DNA of 64,000 nucleotides from an uncultured delta proteobacterium (lineage in GTDB: Bacteria; Desulfobacterota; Binatia; HRBIN30; BPIQ01): the NCBI GenBank assembly GCA_963761335.1, contig CAVXGR010000005.1:408980-472979 (forward strand). Reading direction: 5' to 3'. The notes beneath the pieces were generated by a model, which saw only the letters and a list, made by a program, of their open reading frames with translations, was not told the origin of the DNA and did not search any database. A program made the translations under genes and the position numbers. Positions within the stretch are counted from its first letter, which is position 1, and the number at the start of each line of letters is the position of its first letter. Positions 19,436 through 28,652 of this stretch are shown piece by piece.

Positions 19436-19560
19436 GAGAAGAGAATGTAAAATGAAAAACCGGTGATGGAGAATGAAGAGCCGGCTAACGGATGCGCCGG
19501 CGAATCATTTTCCGGTTCTCCATCACCGGTCACCGGTTTTTCATTTTACATTCTCTTCTC
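19436..19560. repeat. AT-rich 31-bp perfect inverted repeat built from 7-mers between convergent genes, probable bidirectional terminator
   Basis: GAGAAGAGAATGTAAAATGAAAAACCGGTGA (19436-19466) pairs with 19530-19560. Confidence 0.8.
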
Positions 19561-19600
19561 TCTTCCTCTTCTCTCTTCGGCTTGGCGCGCTGCCAGGGCG

Positions 19601-20281
19601 TCAGAAACGAATGCGCCGCCGCCGCGGCTCCTGGTAGAACTCCTCCTCGAAGGCGCGGCCGGCGCGGACGAAGTAGGACCAGAGGGCGAGCGGGGCGCGG
19701 GTCAGCGAGTAGAGAGTGCCCTTGCCGGCGAGCTCGGCCTCGCGCAGAAAGCGCCGGGCACTCTCGGGGAGCTCGGCTTCGATTGCTGCGGAGGGCCGCT
19801 CGATCAGCTCGGCGAGCAGGCCCGCCGCCTGCCGGCGTGCCCACTCCTGCCTCTCTTCCTCGGTCGGGCCGGCGAGCCACTGCTGGCGCCGCAGCGTCTC
19901 GCGGGCGGCCCAGGCGTCGGTCTCCTCGTCGCTCGGCGGCGGCGAGGGCTCGAGGGATTCAGCACTGGCGCGCAGGCGGGCGCGCTGCGCCCACTCGCGC
20001 TTCTCCGCGGCGCTCGGGGCGGAGAGCCATGCTTGGCGGCGGTGCTGCTCGCGCTCGGCCCAGACGCGGATCTCTTCCGGTGACGGCCCGAGGCGCGACT
20101 CTTCCAGGCCCAGGAGGGCGCGCCGCCGGTAGCGCCGCGCCCAGGCCTGCTTCTCTTCTTCCGTGGGACCCGCGGCCCACGCCTGTCGCCGCTGGTGCTC
20201 GCGGTTCGCCCAGGCCTCGATTTCCTCGGCCGTGGGCTCCAGGGTTCGATTTCGCGGATCGATGTCCGGCTCGGCATTCAT
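19601..20281 (-). CDS. hypothetical protein with three Trp/Arg/Glu-rich ~50-aa repeats
   Basis: GGAGG RBS; repeats P[TS]xEExxxWAxRExxRRQxWxxxP[TS]xxE[KR]xxWAxR. Confidence 0.8.
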   Translation of the reverse strand: MNAEPDIDPRNRTLEPTAEEIEAWANREHQRRQAWAAGPTEEEKQAWARRYRRRALLGLEESRLGPSPEEIRVWAEREQHRRQAWLSAPSAAEKREWAQRARLRASAESLEPSPPPSDEETDAWAARETLRRQQWLAGPTEEERQEWARRQAAGLLAELIERPSAAIEAELPESARRFLREAELAGKGTLYSLTRAPLALWSYFVRAGRAFEEEFYQEPRRRRIRF

Positions 20282-20475
20282 GGACTGACCTCCAAGGCTT
20301 CCAAATTCCGCCCCTATTCTTCTTATCGCAAAGTGCCCCCGCCTTCGAGTCGGCGGCCGCGTGCGGCCGGCGGTTTGCATGCTCGCTCTGCGATGATACG
20401 GTGAAAGCGTTCTCCGCGCCGACCTCGCCGCCTGCGGATGGATGGATCGCCTGCGCGGTTGTGCGTGGCGACGAG

Positions 20476-22704
<2,229 letters not shown>

Positions 22705-22769
22705 GCGCGCACGCCATCGTCAAGTTGAAATCCCGGAGGAGAGGCGTATAAGAGTCACGGGTTTTTGGG

Positions 22770-23624
22770 GTGGTGATGACGGGGAGGGAAGCGAGCTTCG
22801 GAACCCGGGACGCTGTCCGCGCCACGGGTCTCTCGCCGGCGCGTATTCGCTATTGCGTGCGCACCGGGCTCATCTCGCCGCCGGAGAGGCGCGAACGGCG
22901 CTATCGTTACGGCTTCGACGATCTGCTTCTCTTGAAGGCGACCAAGCGCCTGCTCGATGCCGGCGTGCCGCTGCGGCGCATCCGGCGCGCCTATTCGTTT
23001 CTGCGGGGCGACGGGCGAGGGCGCCGGCGGCTCACCGAGCTGGCGTTCGATTCGCTGGCGCGCGACATCGTCGTCGCCCGCGGTGGAACGCGCTGGCGCG
23101 CCGATTCGGGGCAGCTGATGCTGCGCTTCGAGGCGCCGCCGCCGTCGGCCGCCGCCGTCGTTCAGCCCCTGCCGAAGCGGCCGGAGCCGCCGCAGCTGAG
23201 CGCCGACGAGTGGTACGACCTCGGCGTCGAGCTCGAGGCCAGCTCGACCGCCGACGCCATGGAGACCTATCGCCGCGCTCTCGAGGTCGATCCGCAGCTC
23301 ATGGAGGCCCACATCAACCTCGGCCGCCTGCTGCACATCGCCGGCGACCGCGAAGGGGCGCTGGATCACTACACGCGCGCTTTGCAGCTGGAGCCGAGCG
23401 ATGCGATCCCGGCCTTCAACATCGGCGTGGTGCTCGAGGATCTGGAGCGCACCGAGGAAGCGCTGGCCATGTACCTGGAGGCCTTGCGGCGCGATCCGGC
23501 GCTGCCCGACGTCCACTACAACCTGGCGCTCCTCTACGAGCGCCGCGGCCGCCGCTGGGAAGCGCTCAAGCATCTGCGCAGCTACAAGCGGCTGATGGAG
23601 TCGCTGACGGGGGGAATGCAGTGA
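22770..23624 (+). CDS. MerR-type HTH plus TPR repeat protein
   Basis: N-terminal GLSPARIRY..GLI.P..YRYGFDDL; TPRs AHINLG, AFNIG, VHYNLA. Confidence 0.85.
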   Translation: MVMTGREASFGTRDAVRATGLSPARIRYCVRTGLISPPERRERRYRYGFDDLLLLKATKRLLDAGVPLRRIRRAYSFLRGDGRGRRRLTELAFDSLARDIVVARGGTRWRADSGQLMLRFEAPPPSAAAVVQPLPKRPEPPQLSADEWYDLGVELEASSTADAMETYRRALEVDPQLMEAHINLGRLLHIAGDREGALDHYTRALQLEPSDAIPAFNIGVVLEDLERTEEALAMYLEALRRDPALPDVHYNLALLYERRGRRWEALKHLRSYKRLMESLTGGMQ

Positions 23625-25216
23625 GACTGGGCGGCGGCCGGCCCCGGGCGTTCGCACCGATGCCGTTCCTGGCCGTCGCCACTCTTCTCTGTGCCGTTGC
23701 CCTCGGTGCCGCCGCCGTCGCCGCCACCCCGCAGGAGTCGCTCGATCTCGCCGGGGAGCGGGCCCAGCTCTTGCAGCGCATCCGGGAGTCGCCGCGAGAC
23801 GCCGAGGCCTTCGCGGCACTCGCCACCTGGCTGTTCCGCGCCGGCGACCTGCCGCGCGCCGCAGCCGCCGCCGCCGAGGCGGCGCGGCTCGATCCCGACG
23901 TCGCTCGCTATCAGCGTCTGCTCGGCTATCTGCGCGCCGCCGGGGGCGCCGATCGCGAGGCGGAGGCGGCTTTTCGGCGGGCGGCGCGGCTGGACCCGAG
24001 CGCCCGTGTATCGCTCGCCGACTTCCACATCGCCCGCGCCTGGGCCGAGTACCAGGAAGCGCTCCGCCACGGCACTCCCGATCCCGCCGTCGAGGAGCGC
24101 CTGCGCGGGCTTGCCGCGGTCGCCGAGCTCAGCCCGGAGCTGAAGGCGCTGGTGCGCTCGAGCTGGGACGACGAGCCGGGGGAGGTCGCCGACAGCGTCC
24201 CTCCGATCGCCCTCGGCGATTCCGTCGATTACGCCCTGGTGGTCGAGAAGCGCACGCAGACCTTGCGTCTCTACGGCCGCCAGGATGGCGAGCTGGTCCT
24301 GCTGCACACCTATCCCTGCACCTCGGGGGAGGAGCCGGGGGCCAAGCAGCGGCGCGGCGACCGGCGCACGCCGGATGGCGTCTACGTCACTACCGACCTG
24401 CTTCCGGGCGACGCGCTTCCCGATCTCTACGGAGCCCTGGCGATGCCGTTGAGCTATCCCAACGCCTGGGACCGGCTCCAGCGCCGCGATGGCTACGGCA
24501 TATGGCTGCACGGCTCCGACCGCCTCAGCTCGCCATTCAACCCCCGCGAGACGCGCGGCTGCATCATCGTGCGCAACGAGGATCTGATCGCTCTGGCGCG
24601 TATCCTGGCGCCGCAGGTGACGCCGGTGCTGATCGCCGAGGAGATCGCCTACCGCCCCAAGGCGGAGTGGAAGGCCGCTGTGCAGGCGGCGCTGCAGCAC
24701 GACAACGCCGGCGAATGGCTGGCGGTGGTGGCCACCGCCGACTACACGGTGGTCATGCGGCGCGACGCCGACGGCGGCGTGGTGCGCGATTTCCTGCGGC
24801 CGCAGGATGGCTGGCGCGCCGTCGCCAGCGAGAGAAGCCCGGTGCCCAGCGCCGAGAAATGGAACGAGAAGATCGCCGGCGTGCTGCCGCAGACCACCGG
24901 CGCTCTGCTGCGCGTCAGCATCCGCGACGGCGGCGAGCCGCCGGCGGTGATCATCGAGACCAGCAACGAGGCGCGCGTGCGCGGCTTCCGCCCGGAGACG
25001 GGCGAGGTGGTTCTCGACCTCGCCGGGGTGCGCCCGGCACCGATGCCGGCGCGGCTGGAGGGCAACGGTCCCTGGGTGAAGGAGGTTCGGGTCACGGCGA
25101 CGCAGATCGATCCGCCGTCGACGCGCGTGGTGATCGATCTGGAGCGCGCTGCCGATTACCGCATTTCGACCGAGGGGACACGCACGGTGGTGTCGCTGCT
25201 CGCCGAACGGGGCTGA
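23621..25216 (+). CDS. exported L,D-transpeptidase (YkuD) family protein with N-terminal TPR and C-terminal AMIN-like domain
   Basis: GTGA overlap with upstream gene; signal peptide; GDRRTPDGVY, LSYPNAWD, GIWLHG...TRGCI; TRVVIDL. Confidence 0.87.
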   Translation: MRLGGGRPRAFAPMPFLAVATLLCAVALGAAAVAATPQESLDLAGERAQLLQRIRESPRDAEAFAALATWLFRAGDLPRAAAAAAEAARLDPDVARYQRLLGYLRAAGGADREAEAAFRRAARLDPSARVSLADFHIARAWAEYQEALRHGTPDPAVEERLRGLAAVAELSPELKALVRSSWDDEPGEVADSVPPIALGDSVDYALVVEKRTQTLRLYGRQDGELVLLHTYPCTSGEEPGAKQRRGDRRTPDGVYVTTDLLPGDALPDLYGALAMPLSYPNAWDRLQRRDGYGIWLHGSDRLSSPFNPRETRGCIIVRNEDLIALARILAPQVTPVLIAEEIAYRPKAEWKAAVQAALQHDNAGEWLAVVATADYTVVMRRDADGGVVRDFLRPQDGWRAVASERSPVPSAEKWNEKIAGVLPQTTGALLRVSIRDGGEPPAVIIETSNEARVRGFRPETGEVVLDLAGVRPAPMPARLEGNGPWVKEVRVTATQIDPPSTRVVIDLERAADYRISTEGTRTVVSLLAERG

Positions 25217-25238
25217 GCGGAACGCGAAGAGGAGGAGG

Positions 25239-25991
25239 ATGGGTATGATGGTGCGGGAGGATAATCTGCTGTTGGCGTGGCTGCGCCGCATGCTGCTGGG
25301 AGATCGGCTGGAGAGCTCGACGGCCGAGGTGGAGCGGCTGCGCCGCGAGATCGACGACCTGCGGCGACAGACGGAGCAGATGCGCCAGGTAGTCGCCGAC
25401 CCCGCCACGGTTCGCCCGCTGCTGGCCGAGGTGCTGCGCCAGGAGTGCTCGGCTGAGCCCAGTCGCTTTGCCGCGGCTCTGCGACCCGTGGTCGAGGACT
25501 GCCTCAGCCGTCGCGAAGCGTCTCTGAAGCTGCGGCGCTCGCGGCGCTCCCTTGGCTGGCTGTCCGCCGGTGCCGCGCTGTTCACCGTCGCCTTGGTGCT
25601 GGTCATCGGCAGAGCCAACGTCACGCGGGTGATCGAGGCCAAGGACGCCGTGGCCCGCGAGTCGGTGCGTGAGGCGCTGGCGCCGCAGGCGGTGACCATC
25701 CAGGAACAGAAGGGCGGCTTCGGCCTCGGAGAGGCCTCCCGCTCCGATGCCGATCTCGTCCGTCAGGTGCGCGCCCGCCTCTCCTCCTGCCGCGAGCTCT
25801 TCGGGTCGCGAGTGGCACTGTCCGTCGCCGACGGCTGGGTGTGGCTGCGCGGCACCTCGACCCCTGCGGGAAGAGCGGCCGCTGACCGTGCTCTCGCCGA
25901 TCTCGGCGACGGCGTCTTCGTGGTCAACCAGCTCGAGGTCGCGGCCCCGGCGAGCGCCGCCAGCCTGGCCGCCCCTCGTCCGGAGGGCTGA
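25239..25991 (+). CDS. single-TM protein with coiled coil and C-terminal BON domain
   Basis: GGAGG RBS; DADLVRQVRARL..V.DGWVWLRG..GVFVVNQLEV. Confidence 0.75.
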   Translation: MGMMVREDNLLLAWLRRMLLGDRLESSTAEVERLRREIDDLRRQTEQMRQVVADPATVRPLLAEVLRQECSAEPSRFAAALRPVVEDCLSRREASLKLRRSRRSLGWLSAGAALFTVALVLVIGRANVTRVIEAKDAVARESVREALAPQAVTIQEQKGGFGLGEASRSDADLVRQVRARLSSCRELFGSRVALSVADGWVWLRGTSTPAGRAAADRALADLGDGVFVVNQLEVAAPASAASLAAPRPEG

Positions 25992-25998
25992 CCGGTTG

Positions 25999-26167
25999 TC
26001 GCCCCGGAGGGGCGCGGGCATGTAGCCCCGGGTGCAAACCCAGGGACCGGGTACAGGCGCGACCTCGACGAAAATCTGCCCGCGCCCCTGGCGGGGCGCG
26101 TATGACGGAGCGCGTATTTTTCCCCGGGTTTTACCCGGGGCTACATGCCACCGCCCCTCCGGGGCGA
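25999..26167. repeat. palindromic non-autonomous REP/MITE-like element
   Basis: terminal inverted repeats TCGCCCCGGAGGGGCG..ATGTAGCCCCGGGT / ACCCGGGGCTACATG..CGCCCCTCCGGGGCGA with a central hairpin. Confidence 0.8.
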
Positions 26168-26217
26168 GCTTCGCCCAGGCGAGAACCTCCGGATCTCTTG
26201 CCGGGGCAGTCCCCGGC

Positions 26218-26262
26218 CTCATTTTCATCGTCTGCTGGCGAGCCGCAAGGCTCGTGATGCAC
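26218..26262 (+). repeat. ATTTTCATCG...GAGCCGCAAGGCTC hairpin repeat
   Basis: other copies on minus strand at about 36572-36612 and 37093-37131. Confidence 0.7.
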
Positions 26263-26284
26263 TGTCCCCGCGGGCGCAGGAGGC

Positions 26285-26359
26285 GGGGACAGGCACCTTT
26301 TCGGCGGAGAACGCCGACCTCAATCGAAGGTTTTTGCGCCCGAAAGGGAGCCAGTCCCC
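26285..26359 (+). repeat. GGGGACAGGCACCTTTTCGG...AGCCAGTCCCC palindromic repeat, copy 1
   Basis: imperfect terminal inverted repeat; other copies at 27449-27524 and 37378-37446. Confidence 0.8.
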
Positions 26360-26427
26360 TTTCGTACGCCGACCCATGAAATCCCTCCGCGAACTTGTTA
26401 GAGTCCGCGCAGCAGCTTGGCGCGGCC

Positions 26428-27447
26428 GTGGCACTCGAATACCGCAGAGACGAAGGACGACTGGTCTGGGTGCGCAACCCCTTCACCGGGGTGGTGACTT
26501 ACTTCACCCACGTCCACCGCAAGCGCAGCGGCTTCGCGCGGCGCCAGCAGGAAGCGGCGCTGCGAGCCCGCTCCCCCGACCGCGCCGCGCTGGAAGCGGA
26601 GCTGCGGCAGGAGCTCGAGGCGGCGCTTCGCGAATGCCCGTTCTGCCCCGGCAATGAGAGACTGACCACCGAGGAGGTCCTGCGCCTGCTGCCGGCGCGG
26701 GTTCCGGGCAGCGAGGCGCGCACCGAGCCGTGGCTGATCCGCTGCTTCCCCAACCTGATTCCGCGGATACCGGAATGCTGCACCGGCGAGAGGAACGAGT
26801 CCTACGTCGTCGTCGAGGACCCGCGCCACTTCGCCGACAAGGCCGTCGGTCACGAGGACCTCCTCTACACGGGCCTTCTGCCGAGCGAGCAGTTCCGCAC
26901 CACGCTGGCGACCTGCATCGACATCGGTCGCCGCAGCTATGCCAATCCGTCGGTGCGCGCCGTGTTGATCCGCAAGAACCAGGGGCGCGACTCCGGCGCC
27001 TCGCAGCCGCACGTCCATACCCAGGTGATCGGCTCCGACCTGCCGTTTCCGCCGGTCCAGCGGGAGGCCGAGGTGCTGCTGCAGCACCCTCACCTCTGGA
27101 ACGACATCCTCGAGTTCGTCGACGGCGAAGGCTTTCTGCTGGAGCGGCGCGGTGAGGTGGTCTCCTACTTCTGTCCGTTCGGCACCTTTCCGCGCAGCTA
27201 CGAGGTGGTGGTCCCGGCGTATCGCGGCCGGATGACCGAGATGCCGGAGGAGCTGCTCACCGACTTCGCGGCGCTGCTGCACAGCGTCCTGCAGACGCTC
27301 GGTGGTGTGCCACTCGACTACGAGATCCACGATGGCGACGGCGTGCCCCTGCACGCGCACGTCAACAGCCGCCACTTCACCTACTCCAACATCGGCGGCA
27401 CCCTGAACCTGCCATCGATCATGCTCGAGGAGCGCGGCCGCCACTGA
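26428..27447 (+). CDS. GalT/HIT-like nucleotidyltransferase family protein
   Basis: CPFCPGNE, FPNL, KNQG..SGASQPHVHTQ (HxHxQ); start GTG 26428 or TTG 26395. Confidence 0.8.
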   Translation: MALEYRRDEGRLVWVRNPFTGVVTYFTHVHRKRSGFARRQQEAALRARSPDRAALEAELRQELEAALRECPFCPGNERLTTEEVLRLLPARVPGSEARTEPWLIRCFPNLIPRIPECCTGERNESYVVVEDPRHFADKAVGHEDLLYTGLLPSEQFRTTLATCIDIGRRSYANPSVRAVLIRKNQGRDSGASQPHVHTQVIGSDLPFPPVQREAEVLLQHPHLWNDILEFVDGEGFLLERRGEVVSYFCPFGTFPRSYEVVVPAYRGRMTEMPEELLTDFAALLHSVLQTLGGVPLDYEIHDGDGVPLHAHVNSRHFTYSNIGGTLNLPSIMLEERGRH

Positions 27448-27448
27448 C

Positions 27449-27524
27449 GGGGACAGGCACCTTTTCGGCGACGGCCGCTATACCTCGATCGAATCATTCT
27501 TGCGCCGGAAAGGAGCCAGTCCCC
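27449..27524 (+). repeat. GGGGACAGGCACC... palindromic repeat, copy 2
   Basis: near-identical ends to 26285-26359. Confidence 0.8.
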
Positions 27525-27575
27525 GTGGCCTGACCGCGCGGAAAATGGGGGCGCTGTGAAGTTTTCATTCTACAA

Positions 27576-27604
27576 TTGACAATCGCAGGACCGTTCAATA
27601 CAAG
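27576..27604 (+). promoter_or_regulatory. candidate sigma70 promoter of the SCP2 gene
   Basis: TTGACA-17 nt-TACAAG in an AT-rich stretch. Confidence 0.45.
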
Positions 27605-27723
27605 ATTGCGGTGGCCGACCTTGGGGCTGAGGGGAAGATGTCGGGTTGGCGGCCGAAGAAGAAGAGTTTGTTGGTCCGAAGTGAGCCGCCAGGCTCCTCA
27701 ATCCCGGTGAGAAGGAGGACACA

Positions 27724-28062
27724 ATGTCAGACACACAAGCAGCGGTGAAGGAGATCTTCAACCAGATGCCGGCAAACCTGAACCAGGATGCCGCGAAGGG
27801 AATGAACTCGGTCATCCAGTTCAATCTCTCTGGTGACGGTGGAGGCAACTACCACGTCATCATCAAGGACGGCGCCTGTGAGGTGCAGGAGGGCACGCAC
27901 GCTTCGCCGAACATGACCATGACGATGGCGGCTCAGGACTACGTCGACATGATCACCGGAAAGCTGAACGGCCAGATGGCCTTCATGAGCGGCAAGCTGA
28001 AGATCGCCGGCGACATGGGTCTGGCGATGAAGATGCAGAGCCTCTTCAAGCGTCCGGCCTGA
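27724..28062 (+). CDS. SCP2 sterol/lipid carrier domain protein
   Basis: AAGGAGG RBS; IQFNLSGDGGG, GKLNGQMAFMSGKLKIAGDMGLAMK. Confidence 0.95.
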   Translation: MSDTQAAVKEIFNQMPANLNQDAAKGMNSVIQFNLSGDGGGNYHVIIKDGACEVQEGTHASPNMTMTMAAQDYVDMITGKLNGQMAFMSGKLKIAGDMGLAMKMQSLFKRPA

Positions 28063-28086
28063 CGAATTTCGACATTCAGTCGAAAA

Positions 28087-28121
28087 CGGGGCGCAGCGGA
28101 GTTCTCCGCTGCGCCCTTTTT
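28087..28121 (+). terminator. intrinsic terminator
   Basis: GGGCGCAGCGG-loop-CCGCTGCGCCC followed by TTTTT. Confidence 0.85.
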
Positions 28122-28192
28122 CATTCTGGGGCACCGCTCCCGCCGAGCCCTATCCTTGTTTTACCGGCCCGGCTCGCCTATGCACCCTGGCG

Positions 28193-28567
28193 ATGACCTG
28201 GCTGCTGCGCAGCACCGCGTCGATCTCGCTTCTCTGGGCACTGGCACTGTTCTTCGGCCTCGAGCGCATTGCCTCCCCGGCTGAGATTTCACCGACGGCG
28301 CTGGCTCTCGCCAACGGGCTTGCCGCCGGCAGCATTGCCTTCGCCTTCGCCTTCTGGCGCGCCGCGACGGAGGTGCCGCCCAACCGCACCGTCATCTACA
28401 CCGCGATCCTGTTGCTGGTGCTGAAGACGTCGGCGGATCTCTACGCGCTTCTGGTGTTGTTGCGAGGCGGGGCGGCGATGGTCAGCCTCGCCGACCTAGT
28501 GGTCAGCGTCGGGCTCGCCGTCGGCATCATCGAGTCGCTGCCGCGCACCTTCGGCGCGGTCGACTGA
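28193..28567 (+). CDS. small integral membrane protein (4 TM)
   Basis: four hydrophobic segments. Confidence 0.7.
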   Translation: MTWLLRSTASISLLWALALFFGLERIASPAEISPTALALANGLAAGSIAFAFAFWRAATEVPPNRTVIYTAILLLVLKTSADLYALLVLLRGGAAMVSLADLVVSVGLAVGIIESLPRTFGAVD

Positions 28568-28573
28568 GGCACT

Positions 28574-28645
28574 TGGTTGTCGGGTTTCTCGGTTGCCCGG
28601 GTTGTCGGGTTTGGCGCCGTCGCCAACCCGACAACCCGCTAACCT
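28574..28645. repeat. inverted 8-bp tandem repeats between convergent genes
   Basis: GGTTGTCG units facing CGACAACC units; same family as 7880 and 8803. Confidence 0.7.
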
Positions 28646-28652
28646 TCCCGCC

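Noticed and set aside
26032..26379. ORFs in repeat regions (also 36488-37299 and 44218-44766)
   Set aside because: Translations of palindromic repeats; no transposase motifs
27605..27723. Riboswitch in the SCP2 leader
   Set aside because: No conserved aptamer motif recognised
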